Below, piece by piece: positions 11,105 through 23,974 of a stretch of DNA of 64,000 bases (positions within the stretch are counted from its first letter, which is position 1; every line of letters starts with the position of its first letter). The position numbers and the translations under genes were made by a program. Below the pieces are notes generated by a model. It saw only the letters and a list, made by a program, of their open reading frames with translations, did no database searches and had not been told where the DNA came from. Source of the DNA: Plasmodiophora brassicae (lineage: Eukaryota); contig CP145420.1 of assembly GCA_036867785.1 (NCBI GenBank), forward strand, positions 558,001 through 622,000, in the 5' to 3' direction.

Positions 11105-14100
11105 ATGTCGATGTATGGCGCCATGGAGGACGGCCCGATATCGATGGGCGGTGTCGATGCCGATGACGATATCTCGCCGAGCGATTCCTGGACGGTCATC
11201 TCGTCGTATTTCGAGATGCACGGCCTCGTCCGGCAGCAGCTGGACTCCTTCAACGAGTCGGATCGCCGAATATCGTGATGACGACGACGGAGTGCCATCT
11301 CACATGTGCGCACGTGTAGGTTCGTCACGAATACGATCCAGTCTGTCGTGTCAGAATCATTCCCCATCGAAGTTTTCGAAGACCCGAGATCCGAGGAGGA
11401 GCGCGGCTCCCGTTCAAAGACGCGGGTATCGTTTGGACAGGTAATGCCCACCTTGCGTACCCGGATACGTTGGGGACTGACATGGTCTGCGCTGTAGATT
11501 TACGTTTCCGATCCTCAAATGCGCGAAGGCGACGGTGCTCCCGAATACCTGTTTCCGTCGACTGCTCGTTTGCGCAATCTGACGTATCGTGCTCCTCTTT
11601 TCGTCGACGTTACCCGCTGCAAAGTGATCGTCGCTGAAGACGCCACCGAAGAGGTTCGATCTATCAGGATATTCGCGATAGCGATGTAGTCTCACGTGAG
11701 ACAGATTGTTGAAGGTACCGAGTCTACGGAGAAAGTGTTCATTGGGAGAATTCCCATCATGTTACGAAGTCAGTACTGTCACCTTGCTCCTGACCCCGAG
11801 CAGGGCGACAAGGCGCTATACGACCTTGGCGAGTGTCCGAAGGACCAGGTAGACGCGGCGCAGATCGCCGTCGAGCAACTCGCGTGCTCATTGCTCGACA
11901 ATTACAGGGAGGGTATTTCATTGTCAATGGTAGCGAAAAGGTTCTTGTCGCCCAGGAACGCATGTCCAGTAACCACGTCTACGTGTTTCACAAGCAGAAG
12001 AAGGACTGGGTCGCGGAGATCCGCTCTGTTGCCGAGGGATCGAACAAGCCTACCGCTACGCTCATTGTGAAGAAGGTGTCATCGGCCGGAAAGGGCAGCG
12101 CGATTAGCGGTCCAGTGCTGCGGGCCACCGTCCCGGGCATCTCTTCCGATATCCCTGTCATGATTGTTTTTCGCGCCCTTGGGATCGTATCCGATCGTGC
12201 CATTCTTGAGCACATCTGCTATGACTTCGGGGATCAGCAGATGATGGAGCTGCTTCGACCCAGTCTTGAAGAGGCCTACTGGATCCAGGATCAGGAGCTT
12301 GCCTTGGATTACATTGGCAAACGTGGCGCTGCCGTCGGTGCTGTACGTGCGAAGCGTATCAAATTCGCGAGGGACCTGCTCCAATCCGACTTCTTGCCGC
12401 ACATTGGAACGGAGGAGTTTTGTGAGACCAAGAAGGCGTACTTCTTTGGCTACATAATTCAGCGGCTGCTTCACACGGTCTTGGGCCGACGAACCGAAGA
12501 CGATCGAGATCACTATGGCAACAAGCGGCTCGACTTAGCTGGCCCGCTCCTGGGACAGCTGTTCCGTCAACTGTTCGACCGCATGCGCAAAGACTGCTCA
12601 CGGTACATCGCCAGGAAGATCAGCGAAGGCAAGGACTTCTCGTTGGATCTTGCCCTGAACCCAAACCACATCACTCATGGGTTGAAGAGCGCGCTGGCGA
12701 CCGGCAACTGGACCGCCAACAAGGGTGGTGGTGCGACCAAGTCCGGAGTTGCCCAGGTTCTTCAGCGCCTCACGTATACGGCGACATTGTCCCACTTGCG
12801 GCGGTTGAACACTCCGATTGGAAGGGATGGAAAAATCGCCAAACCACGACAGCTTCATAACACGCACTGGGGTGTGATTTGCCCTGCTGAAACGCCTGAA
12901 GGCCAGGCGTGTGGCCTCGTCAAGAACCTCGCTTTGATGGCGTATATCAGTGTTCCGAACCCGTCGCAGATCATTACCGACTTCCTGGAGGACTGGAGCA
13001 TGGAGAGTCTAGAGGAGACGCCTGCGGCGGCTATTCCGCATGCGACAAAGGTACGAGGTTGAAGGTGTCCGTCATGGATGTTTCCTGATCAGGAGTTGGC
13101 AGATCTTCGTGAACGGTGCGTGGATTGGCGTTCACCGGGACCCACAGTACTTGGTCAACACGTTGCGTACGTACCGGCGGAGGATGAACCTTCCTCTTGA
13201 CACGAGCATCGTGTGGGATATGCGGGACCAGGAAATTCGCCTGTACTCGGATGCTGGTCGATGTGCGCGCCCATTGTACATTGTTGAAGACCAGCGGTTA
13301 CGGATTCGCAAGGGCCACATCAACGCTCTTGCGGATGAACACGTGAAGTACTCGTGGTCTAACCTGATGACCGACGGCCTTATCGAGTACATCGATACCG
13401 AAGAGGAGGAAACTGTCATGATTGCCATGCACATGCACGAACTGCGTCAGTCTTCATATTCGCGAACGTATACCCACACCGAGATCCATCCTTCCATGAT
13501 CCTTGGAATTTGCGCGTCGGTTATCCCATTCCCAGACCACAACCAGTCTCCGCGTAACACATATCAGAGTGCCATGGGCAAACAGGCGATGGGTATCTAT
13601 GCAACCAACTACCTGCAGCGCATCGACACGCTTGCCCACGTGATGTACTATCCCCAACGCCCTCTTGTAGCGACCCGCGCCATGGAGTACCTCCATTTCA
13701 GTGAACTGCCGTCTGGCATCAACGCTATCGTCGCTATTGGTTGCTATTCCGGCTACAATCAAGAGGTAACGCTAACGACGAACTCATGAACTCGGTCAGT
13801 CCCTCACCTTTGCGTTCGCCACAGGATTCCGTCATCATGTCTCAGTCAGCCATTGACCGTGGTCTCTTCCGGTCTGTCTTCTACCGGTCGTACCACGATG
13901 TCGAAGCTCGGCATTCGTCCGACGTTATCGAAGAGTTCGAGAAGCCCTCTGCTGAGACGACAGCGAGCATGCGGTTCGGGTGCTATGACAAGCTCGACAC
14001 GGACGGGCTAATTGCTCCTGGCACTCGTGTATCGGGCGACGACATTATTATCGGAAAGACGACGCCGCTGCGTGAGGCGCAGGTTGGGTCGATTCGTCAG

Positions 14101-15075
14101 CAGCAACAGACCAGGCGGGATGCATCGACGGCGCTTCGCAGCAGCGAAAGCGGTATCGTCGACAAGGTCATGTTGACCACTGATGACGGGTCGTTGAAAG
14201 CGACCAAGATTCGTGTCCGGTCCGTTCGTATTCCTCAGATCGGGGACAAGTTCTCCAGTCGGCACGGTCAGAAGGGTACCGTGGGGATTACCTACCGACA
14301 GGAAGACCTGCCGTGGACTGTCGAGGGCATCGTCCCTGACATTATCATCAACCCGCACGCTATCCCGAGTCGTATGACTATCGGGCAGCTCATCGAGTGC
14401 CTTCAGGGAAAGTTCTCCGCCATCGAGGGCGGTGAAGGAGATGCGACACCGTTCGAAGAAGGCTTGACTGTCGAGGCCGTCTCGAAAGAGCTTCATCGGT
14501 GCGGTTACCAGGAGCGCGGCAATGAGGTCATGTACAGTGGACACACTGGGCGGAAACTGGCCGCTCAGGTCTTCATTGGTCCAACGTTCTACCAGCGATT
14601 GAAGGTTTGGTCGAACTATGGCATGGTGTTTCTATCGCCGCCTGATTGTGCAACGTAGCACATGGTCGATGACAAGATCCACTCTCGAGCGCGCGGTCCG
14701 CTCCAGATCCTGACGCGCCAACCTGTCGAAGGTCGTTCCAGGTAGGTAGGCGAGTGCGTCATCCAGTGTACCGTGCTGATGTACCTGGCACCTAGGGACG
14801 GCGGTCTTCGGTTCGGAGAGATGGAGCGCGATTGCATGATCGCGCACGGCGCTGCCCAGTTCCTTCGGGAGCGCTTATTCCAGCAGTCCGACAAGTACCG
14901 GTGCCACGTGTGCGACCTGTGTGGCCTGATCGCGATCGCCAACCTGCGCAAGGGCTCCTTCGAATGTCGTAGCTGTCACAATACGACGCAGGTGTCCCAG
15001 GTCTACCTGCCGTATGCGTGCAAGCTGCTGTTCCAGGAGCTCATGGCAATGGCCATCGCTCCGCGAATATTCTAA
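11105..15075 (+). CDS. RPB2: RNA polymerase II second-largest subunit, multi-exon
   Basis: [110 protein letters not shown]. Confidence 0.98.
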
Positions 15076-15227
15076 TCAATGCAGACCGTCCCCATATGCT
15101 CTGTATTATCGTTTGATCGCGGTCGTTTGGATTGTACTCCTCCGGCAGATATTGCGATCACTGGAACGCCGAGACGGTCATCTAACCCGTTAATAACATG
15201 TACGACGTACGAGTATATTAGGAAGGG

Positions 15228-16040
15228 ATGGTCGACGCACTCAGGCTGTCGTGGGCAGTGTCCAGCAGACAGGTCGCGTACGGGTTGCACTGGCTCGCAG
15301 CCTGCATCTGTCTCGGCGTTCTCTTCTGCGAGGCCCACAATCCGGACGATGCCCCCGTTTTCAAGATCGACGCACACCCAACAGCCTGGCCCGTCGTCGT
15401 CATCGTCCTGATGTACTCTGCGGGATGCATCGTCACCGATGACCGGGTGCCGATCTGGAGGGTCCTCGTTCAGCTAGCGTGCTCGTTGATGGCGGTCTTC
15501 TGTCCATGCGGTTTCCTCTTTGCCGGTGCAGAAATGTTTGTATTCATCAGCGACGCGCTCTGCCGACGGCTCAGGTGCTGCAGAAGGCGGGATCACGACC
15601 TTACACAGATCGCGGGCTGGCCGTCGCCGCTGGTCTGATCAGCGCATTCTGTATCGCGATGGGCATGCAGGCTCTTCTGGATCAGAGCGTCCGAGATACG
15701 CTCGACGGAACGTGCTTCGTGTGCCCCGTACGCACACTAGGCGGGGATCTGGCCCACTAGCCGTCGAGGACCAGTACATGTTCTGGTGGTCGAACCCAGC
15801 AGCATTCGACGCTCCTCGGCGCAACGATTTCTGTACCTGCGTATTGCCCGGTGCGACGCTCTCCAACGTCAGCTGCTCATCGTGGCGCTGGCCGTCTTCA
15901 TCTACTCATCCGTTTGTATCATCGCCGAGGAGCAGCTGTCCATCTGGCGGGTCCTTGTCCAGCTGCCGTTCTCCCCTGCTGGCCGTCTTCAGCCCATTCG
16001 GATGTGTCAGGCGTCGACATCGCAAGTCGGCGCCGGAATA
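15228..16040 (+). pseudogene. Degenerate tandem copies of an unknown membrane-protein family
   Basis: Similar hydrophobic segments CIVTDDRVPIWRVLVQL and CIIAEEQLSIWRVLVQL; IAMGMQALLD..DGTCFVCP..MFWWSNP interrupted by stops/frameshifts. Confidence 0.45.
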
Positions 16041-16099
16041 GAGTCCGCGCGAGCGGGGACCGACGGCAGTCGGTCAACGAGTCGGTGTTTGGTCGTGAC

Positions 16100-17355
16100 A
16101 GTTTGACCGACTTTCGCCATGGCCAACAGGAGAGCGAGACAAGATTCCGCGACACCCGATACCCCCCGGCCACCTGGAGGCGGCGCAGGCGGCGCTCGAC
16201 CAGTCGGCGCTGACGCGCACAAATCGCTGCGGTTGTGGCGGAGGCGCTCCGGGCGCAGCGCGCCGAGATCGACGCCATGCTTCGGCAGCAGCGCGATCAG
16301 ATCCTGTCAGAGGTCGCCGCCCGCCAGCCAGTCGTGCCAAAGGCCGAGATCATCGACCCTGCGCGACCACGGCCGCCTCTCGTAGGTTGACGAAGGAGGA
16401 GCTCAACTACAAGATGCACGACACGGAGATGTTGGCGATTGTCCAGTCGTTCGAGAAGTGGCGCCAGCTCCTCGATTTGGCGCGCCACCAGACCCTGGTC
16501 CACAGCGATCACCGGAACCTCGAGTACTTCCTGAGCACGCCGAAACTTTCCAGGCGTCAAGCGCGGTGGTCCGAATCGCTGGGTGAATTCGATTTCCGCA
16601 TCCAACACCGCCCGGGACGCCTTCACGGAAAGGCGGACGCGCTTTCCCGCCGACCCGCGTACCAGCCCTCGCGCGACGGTCGCTTGCTGCCGCCGAATGC
16701 GTTCAATCAATGGCTCCCGATTGGCCTCCTGTCGCAAGGCGCTAATGGTGTGCCCGAGCGGGCCGGGAAGAAAGTGGTCCGGAGACAGCATTGGGAGGGA
16801 GCGCTGGATCGTCTCTTCTTCGGCGCGCGAGGGCTGGTGCACGGGTCGGCGGGAAAGCGCGTCCGCCTTTCCGTGAAGGCGTCCCGGGCGGTGTCGGATG
16901 CGGAAATCGAATTCACCCAACGATTCGGACCACCGCGCTTGACGCCTGGAGAGTTTCGGCGTGCTCAGGAAGTACTCGAGGTCCCGGTGATCGCTGTGGG
17001 CCAGGGTCTGGTGGCGCGCCGAATCGAGGAGCTGGCGCCATTTCTCGAACGACTGGACAATCGCCAACATCTCCTTATCGTGCATCTTGTAGTTGAGCTC
17101 CTCCTTCGTCAACCTACGAGAGTCGAACGCGAGCGGTCGCTGCCGATCGTCCGCGTCCCGCTGGGAGAGAACCATGGCAATAGCGAAGTCCGAGGCGTCT
17201 GTCTCGACCTCGCAGGACCGATCGGGGTTAAAGTGGGCCAGAACTGGGGCCGACGCACCGGATCCTATCATGGTCGACGGGGAGGCGGAACCCCTCTACC
17301 TCGTCAAGAACATCCTGGACCCAAGGTACAGACGGGGGCGCCTTCAGTATTTTCG
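16100..17355. mobile_element. Rearranged Ty3/gypsy (chromovirus) remnant: RNase H in both orientations plus chromodomain fragment
   Basis: Minus strand VETDASDFAIAMVLSQ..LAFDSRRL..NYKMHDKEMLAIV..SDHRDLEYF..RQARW..ADALSR, the same region again on plus at 16387-16675, and MVDGEAEPLYLVKNILDPRYRRGRLQYF on plus at ~17269. Confidence 0.85.
16377..17122. repeat. 299-bp inverted repeat (16377-16675 / 16824-17122) with 148-bp loop
   Basis: Arms are reverse complements with about 11 mismatches counted by eye, mostly transitions. Confidence 0.92.
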
Positions 17356-17359
17356 TCTG

Positions 17360-17900
17360 CGATGCGCTCTTCCGCCGAATCCCTTGCTGCAGAACGCGCG
17401 ACACAACGCGACCGTATTCATGTCGCGTCCTGGCGATCGGTGCGGCCGTTGTCAGCACGGATCCAGCATCGCAATGGGCGTACAAGCCATTGTGGACCCG
17501 AACGTTCGGAATGCGATCGACGGGCCGTGCTTTGTGTGCCCACCGTACGATACGAACAGCGGGTCGCGGCTGGATTCCCAGAGCGTGTTCTGGTGGTCCA
17601 ACCCGTGGCAGACTGCGACTTCTGCACGTCGCTCTGTCCAACGTCACCTGCTGGTCGTCGTGGGACTATGCCGATACCGACCAATGCACCGACGTGAAAC
17701 TGTTCGCCGGCAGCGCCTCCAGTGTACGCTCGCGACGGTTCGTACCCGTGCATTGTCTACGGGGAGCAACGGCGCCAGACCATCATCATCGACGTCGTTG
17801 CCGAGTTCGTGCTAGGCCTACTCTGCGCCATCCAATGCGCCATGTACGGCAGACGGGGCGCACGCCCTGCAGCGGAACGACGTGTTGCCGCACCACTGAG
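17360..17900 (+). pseudogene. Further degenerate copy of the membrane-protein family at 15.2-16.0 kb
   Basis: IAMGVQAIVDPNVRNAIDGPCFVCP..VFWWSNP matches IAMGMQALLDQSVRDTLDGTCFVCP..MFWWSNP at ~15650-15800. Confidence 0.45.
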
Positions 17901-17965
17901 CACCCTTTGTCGAATACGGAATAGGGCCAGCCACCAACACCCAATATCAGTAGGCGCTATTAATT

Positions 17966-19760
17966 TTAGGACGTTAGCTGATCCAGGAGCGTAGCGGTTC
18001 GATCGGCAACCGAGTCGACGAGACGGATCTGCATTCTCGCGGAATGCAGCCGTTCTTCATCGCCCGACAGTCGCCCTTCCACCTCGACGCGGGTCAGCAA
18101 CCGGGACAGCTGCTGCTGCATCGGGGCAATTGTCTGGGCCTGCGGGCACAGTTGAAAACGTTTCATCTCGGAGACCCCGAGTAATGCACCTTTAAACGCC
18201 TGGCATCTTCCGCGTCAATAGAACGTCGAATCGCCAGAAACATGACGAGGTTCAGCGAGGACGATAGGAGGTCCAGGCAGCGTAGCGCCGACGTGGTCAT
18301 CGACGACCCAACAGGTTCGGTGAAATCGGGTTTAAACTTGGCCATCGTCGCCTGTAGGAGGACGAGAACCCTCTCTGTGGGCCTGGCAGCACACGCTCAG
18401 TATGTGCAGGGAATACAACGAACGGGACGCCGCGTATACATCACAGTGGGTCGCGTTGCGATCTGATCTTTCAGGCTGCGAACGGCCAGTGACGCAATGT
18501 GAACGTCGGACGAATCGGACTGGATCAACCCAATGAGAACGTCGGCAGCAAGACCGGCACGTACTGAGCCCAACATCTACGACACATGGTCAGCACACGT
18601 CTTTCCACTACAGGATAATGCATAGAAGCGTGCCTGATTAACGGTGCGGATATTGCTGGACGTTATCGTGAAGGTCAGCACGGACAGGACCGCTTCGCGG
18701 AGTGGCTCCCGTGGAGCGTCCCAATCACACAGATGGGGCGTCAAGGCGGCAATCAAATCCAGGCCAAGTCGACCTGCAATTGACAGCACTTTGGGGACGC
18801 TGTATACCATTGCTGCCCTATGCAACGGTCAGCGTGACGGCAGGGGCGGCGACCGTCGCTAGATCTGCAATACCCGATCGTGTCCCTGTCGACCGCATCG
18901 AAATCGTGGGAGCCGGAACAGAGAAGGTGGGCCACGCCACAGCACAATGCACCTTCGTGCGCCCCATTACGTCTGGCAGCGTAGCTCAGCGTTTTCGCTA
19001 CAGAGAAGGCGGGCGACGAGCGCATCGCGGCCAGGAGAAGATCGCGGCGCTCAGGAGGCAGATAGTGTAAGACGTGAAGCGCCGTCTCAGTCATGGCGTC
19101 GTTCTCAACGAACGGGAGAACGAACGACGATGCGAACTCGACAGCAACGGAGGTCTCCCAGGATGCCAGCTTTGGGCGCACAGCGGCGCCAATATGGGTC
19201 AGCAGTTTGTGCAACCTTGTCGGAGACATACGAGACGTGGTGAACGCTTTTCCGAACGACTGAAACACAGCCGCTGCGCAATGGGTAATGTCGTGGTCAA
19301 TCACCTCGCAGAGTGCCAGGGAGAGTTCGCGAGGGTCGCTGACGGAGACAATGCGCGCGAACGTGGCCTGGTGGGAGTCGTGCACCGCGACATGGGGCGT
19401 CATCGGACCGAGAAGTTGCCAACCTGGCAACGGGGGCGCACGTAACCGATCGCTGCACTGCGGGCATCGCAAGTCAACATACCAAAGTACGCAAGCTGGC
19501 CATCTGTGCACGCTGCAACGCGGTCGAGCGCATTTGCCGCGCCCTGCTGGTGCTCCGTGTCCAGCAGCGCATCTCGCAAGTCGCTGGCCAGCGCATCGAG
19601 GACGTCCTCGTCCGATTCTGGACGCATCGCCGGGCAGTCGCGAACTGCAGCAGCTCACGCACTTTCCGCTGCTGTCGTCTGTCGACGGCCCTGGTCTGCG
19701 ACGCGACGACACTGGCTGGCCCACCCAGCGTCACTCGCCGCGATCCATGGGACCACCATC
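17966..19760 (-). CDS. Hypothetical alpha-helical (ARM/HEAT-like) protein, multi-exon
   Basis: Chain of Leu-rich helical minus-strand ORFs (19400-19627, 18753-19724, 18577-18825, 18163-18345, 17966-18166). Start uncertain. Confidence 0.5.
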
Positions 19761-20009
19761 ACCTCAGTAAACCGTCGCCTGTGTAGTACTGCCTTGGTCC
19801 GGCTTGCTACCTAGTCACCGTGATAGCTCGGGGACCTGGCCGTCGCGTGCCGGTTCATGGACTGCGTCATTCTCGTGCGGTCGGCGTGTGTCCCGCAGTG
19901 TCAGCGGACCTGCGGCGCAGGTGCGGCCACCGGGAGGGCTACAGAGACAGCAACCTGTCACTGACTGGCACAGGGGAGGGGTCCTGACTGTCACCCCACG
20001 ACGGTCGCG

Positions 20010-21566
20010 GTGATACTACGTCGTACTGTATCAACTGGGGGTGGGGGAGGCGTCATGGCGGCCGGTCGTTCGAACGAGAACGCATCTGGCGCTGGGAACC
20101 TGCCACGGCGCGTGTCCAGCCCGCCGGTGAAACCGCAACGTATGATGCCGCCGTCCGTTACGCCCCAGAAGCTTCGCGCCGACCTGATCGCGAAAGACAA
20201 GCAGATCGAGGCGCTCCGTAAGCTCGTGGCCGACCTGTCACCCAAGCGCGCCGGGACAACCACGTCAGCAACTGCGGTGTCGTCCCCGAGGCGCCCGGCC
20301 GCTTCCGGCGACAACGGTGCCGGAATGCAGAAGGTCGAACAGGCCGTTGTCATTCTGCGACGCCACCGCTGGGCGAGCGCGTCCGACCACGGTTACGTCC
20401 AGTCGGTGCTCGACCTGCTGCAAAGCGCCATCGTCGCCTCTCGACAGCCAAGAGCGCTTCCTTCCCAACGCCGCCATTCGATGTCGGGGACGCTGGGGGC
20501 CGAGGACGTTGCCCTGGAGGAGTTCGCCAACGTCGAACAGATAATCAACCTCGAGCAGCAGCTCCAGGAGCGTACAGCAGCGCTGCAGATCGCTCGCGAA
20601 CGTGAACGCGAGGTCGAGGCGCTTGTCGCCCAGCTGGGCGAGGCGTGCCGAACCTCGGAAGCGAGGGCGTCCGAGTTCCAGGCCAAGCACGACTCGTTGC
20701 AGTCGATCCTGCAGAAGGAACGCAGGGAGACGGTGGGTCTGGAACGGCGGCTTCGGGTCGCGGAAGACGCGAAGACGTCGGTGTTGAAGTCACTGGCCGC
20801 CGCTGAAGACCGCCTGGGCCATCTGCAGGCGCAGCTGATGCGGGCCGAGCGCGCCAGTGCCAAGGCGACGGCGTCGACGATCGACGTGCAGGTCCTGGCC
20901 GGGAAGGTGTCGACGCTGACGGGCGAGCTGGCAGAAGCCCGTCAGGAGAACGACGCGCTGTCACACCAGGTCGAGAGGCTGACGAAGGAGGTGCAGCGGT
21001 CGGCGAAGCTGGTCGTCGACAAGGACGAAACGATCCGGAAGATGGCGTGCGCCGCCCACGAGCGCGCCGAAGCCGAACGGGAGACGCTGCTCAACGATAT
21101 CGCTGTTGCCAATGCGGCCGTGTCGACGCTTCAGCTCGAGTTGCGCCTTAACCGTGTGGCCAGCGGTGGCAACCCCGACGAGGACGAGGATGACGACGAG
21201 GACGCACCGTGTCCCGCCATGGGTGCGACTAGTGACAACCTGGAATGGATGAAGGCGTTCGACCAGGGCGGCAGGCCAGGAAGCGTTCTGCGATCCGGCC
21301 CTGAGTGCAGGGTTGCCATGGAGGCCGTCGCGCCACCCTGCCCTGACGTGTCGGACGTGGACGAAGAGGAGATGGACAACGACGACGACGATGACGACGA
21401 AGACCTGGTCGAAGCGCTCGCGAGCATATCGCGTGCGGTCTCGAACAACTCAACGATGGAAGGAGCGCGCCTGGGCTCATTCACGTCATCGACCATGTTC
21501 CTGGTGCGGAGCTGGGGCTCGGTCGTGTCTCGGCGGCGCCTTCCCCGCGATCACACGTTCCTGTAA
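20010..21566 (+). CDS. Coiled-coil protein with acidic tail
   Basis: 518-aa ORF with a long E/R/A/L heptad region; first ATG near 20054. Confidence 0.7.
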   Translation: MILRRTVSTGGGGGVMAAGRSNENASGAGNLPRRVSSPPVKPQRMMPPSVTPQKLRADLIAKDKQIEALRKLVADLSPKRAGTTTSATAVSSPRRPAASGDNGAGMQKVEQAVVILRRHRWASASDHGYVQSVLDLLQSAIVASRQPRALPSQRRHSMSGTLGAEDVALEEFANVEQIINLEQQLQERTAALQIAREREREVEALVAQLGEACRTSEARASEFQAKHDSLQSILQKERRETVGLERRLRVAEDAKTSVLKSLAAAEDRLGHLQAQLMRAERASAKATASTIDVQVLAGKVSTLTGELAEARQENDALSHQVERLTKEVQRSAKLVVDKDETIRKMACAAHERAEAERETLLNDIAVANAAVSTLQLELRLNRVASGGNPDEDEDDDEDAPCPAMGATSDNLEWMKAFDQGGRPGSVLRSGPECRVAMEAVAPPCPDVSDVDEEEMDNDDDDDDEDLVEALASISRAVSNNSTMEGARLGSFTSSTMFLVRSWGSVVSRRRLPRDHTFL

Positions 21567-21626
21567 CGACACCAACCGGGAACGAACCGCCACATACATA
21601 CAGTAATAACTTGTTTATAGTCTGGG

Positions 21627-22622
21627 TTACAGGACCATTGGTTGGTCGTCCTGGTCAGCAGCAGGGCGTTCCATGGCAGCGGTTGCCCGGAGCGACTCAC
21701 TGCTATCGAGGACCGCGGCAATGGCTTGACGCAGGGCATCTGCTGTAGGAGCATCCGGGTGCGTTCGCACGAAGGATACGCCCTTTTCGCAGGATGCCAT
21801 CAGGCGCGGGTCGAGCGGGATGGAGCCGAGGAACGGGACCTGCATCTCCTTGCACATGCCGCGAGCGCCACCGGTCTCTCCAGAGAAGACCGCTGTCTCA
21901 TGCCGACAGCAAGGGCAGACAAACCCGCTCATGTTTTCGACGACGCCGATAATGTTGATGCCCGCCTTCCTGCAGAACGAGATCTCCTTGCGCACGTCCA
22001 GCAACGCCATCTCCTGCGGCGTCGTCACGATGATGGCGCCATCGGGGGCGCTCTCCTTCAGGTACTGTGTCACCGACAGGTGCTCGTCGGATGTGCCAGG
22101 TGGAGCGTCGACGACGAGGAAGTCGAGCGTGCCCCAATCGACGTCGGCCAGGAACTGCTTGATCAAGGCCGTTTTTCGTGGGCCTCGCCACACGACCGCA
22201 TCGGTCTTCGATTGAAGCATGAAGCCGACAGACATGACAGCGATATTGTCTGACGCGTAGACAGGGCTCCACCCAGCGCTCGATCGATGCACTTCATCAT
22301 CACTGACGCCGAACATGAGCGGGACGGACGGCCCGCAGATATCCACATCGAGAACGCCGACCTGGAACCGCTCCGACAGGGTCCAGGCCAGCTGGGCCGC
22401 GAACGTCGACTTGCCGACACCGCCTTTGCCAGACAGAACCAGGATCTTATGCCGGATATCACGCATCCGCTCAGCGACCTGCGCTAGCGCCGGATCCACA
22501 GCACGTCCGGCACCGGACGTGCATGCTGCCTGGTTCGGGCATCCGGCACACGACGCTGCCTTGCCGGCCTGCTCCGAAGACGGCCCCACACAGACATCGT
22601 TCACAGACGCGTCGTCACCCAT
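21627..22622 (-). CDS. NBP35: Cytosolic Fe-S assembly P-loop NTPase
   Basis: N-terminal [67 protein letters not shown] at 22622. Confidence 0.95.
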   Translation of the reverse strand: MGDDASVNDVCVGPSSEQAGKAASCAGCPNQAACTSGAGRAVDPALAQVAERMRDIRHKILVLSGKGGVGKSTFAAQLAWTLSERFQVGVLDVDICGPSVPLMFGVSDDEVHRSSAGWSPVYASDNIAVMSVGFMLQSKTDAVVWRGPRKTALIKQFLADVDWGTLDFLVVDAPPGTSDEHLSVTQYLKESAPDGAIIVTTPQEMALLDVRKEISFCRKAGINIIGVVENMSGFVCPCCRHETAVFSGETGGARGMCKEMQVPFLGSIPLDPRLMASCEKGVSFVRTHPDAPTADALRQAIAAVLDSSESLRATAAMERPAADQDDQPMVL

Positions 22623-22748
22623 TGGCTCACCTTGAAACTGCGCGACTGCAGCCGTGCGCGTTGCAGGCTGCGATGTGGTAAGTGCGGCCGGGCGGCACAG
22701 TAGCAGCGGAGTCCGCCACGGCGTCCGTGACAGCAGCAGGAATCTACA

Positions 22749-23852
22749 ATGGAGAGAATCGGGTATGCATGTGCAATGCTGAGTGCAGTGACGGGCGATG
22801 GCTGACGTTGTGGAAGGAAACCGCGCAACCAGCGCACGAAGCGTGTGCTGAAGGCGCGCGAGGCGAAGCTGTTGGAGAATGGCAAATGCGCAATGATCAT
22901 TAAGGGGCTGCACACGAGCCAGACGATTTGCCAGGTGCTGACCGACGTTGCTGCGCTGAAGAAACCTCTAATGAAGAAGCTGAACAAGAAGAATGAAACG
23001 AGGCCGTTTGAAGATCAGACGTCCGTTGAGTTCCTGTCGAATGTCAACGACGCGTCTTTGTTCGCGTTCGGGTCGCACTCCAAGAAGCGCCCACATAACC
23101 TGATTCTGGGCAGGAGCTTCGACCACCAAGTTCTTGATATGTTCGAGCTTGGGCTGGACGACAAGACCATGAAACCAATTGATGCATTCAACGCTGCTCG
23201 GCAAGCGGTCTGCCATTTGGGATCGAAGCCGATGTTCTTCTTCGCGGGCGATGAGTTCGAGACCAATCCAGACCTGGCCTTGTTCCGAAACTTCGTGATT
23301 GATTTCTTCCAAGGCGAACCTATTGAGAAGGTCAATCTGGCCGGCCTCGACCGAGTCATCGTATGCGCCGCTTCGGATTCCAAGACGGTCCTGTTCCGGC
23401 ACTACGCGGTGGCCTTGAAGAAGTCGGGGACAAAGATCCCGAAGGTGAAGCTGGAGGAGCTTGGCCCGCGCTTGGACCTTACGGTTCGTCGCACGATGCG
23501 CGCTGCTGAATCGGTCATTAACGCAGCCAACAAGCGGCCCAAGATCGCAAAGTCGAACACTCAGCGCGGTAACGTTGAGAAGGGCCCTCTGGGCCAGACT
23601 CTTGGCCGCGTGCACGTCCAAAGGCAAGATCTGGATGAACTTGCGACGCGCAAGATGAAGGGCCTGAAGAAAACGAAGCCGGCTGAGGCGGCGGACGACA
23701 ATGGCCGCGACGGGGAATACGATGATGAACACGACGAAGAGGACACGAGCGATGCCGACATGGATGAAGGGCAACGGTCCAGTGAAGATGACGTAGACGA
23801 ACAAGGTTCCAGCGTCGACGATGAAGGATCCGGCAGCGAAGAAGAAGCGTAA
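22749..23852 (+). CDS. RPF2: Ribosome production factor 2 (Brix domain)
   Basis: Micro-exon MERI, intron, then [58 protein letters not shown]. Confidence 0.93.
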
Positions 23853-23974
23853 ACAATGTTTTACTATGAAGCTATGTACGTACGATATATCTGAGCAATT
23901 GGAGGTTACGTCTGTGGAACACTTAGGTATGTATATTGCTCGACTGACGTGATCGAGCGCGAGGAAGCAGTAGA

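Noticed and set aside
16297-17697. 324-aa and 436-aa ORFs as intact pol genes
   Set aside because: They are read-throughs of the inverted repeat; no RT or integrase core and no LTRs.
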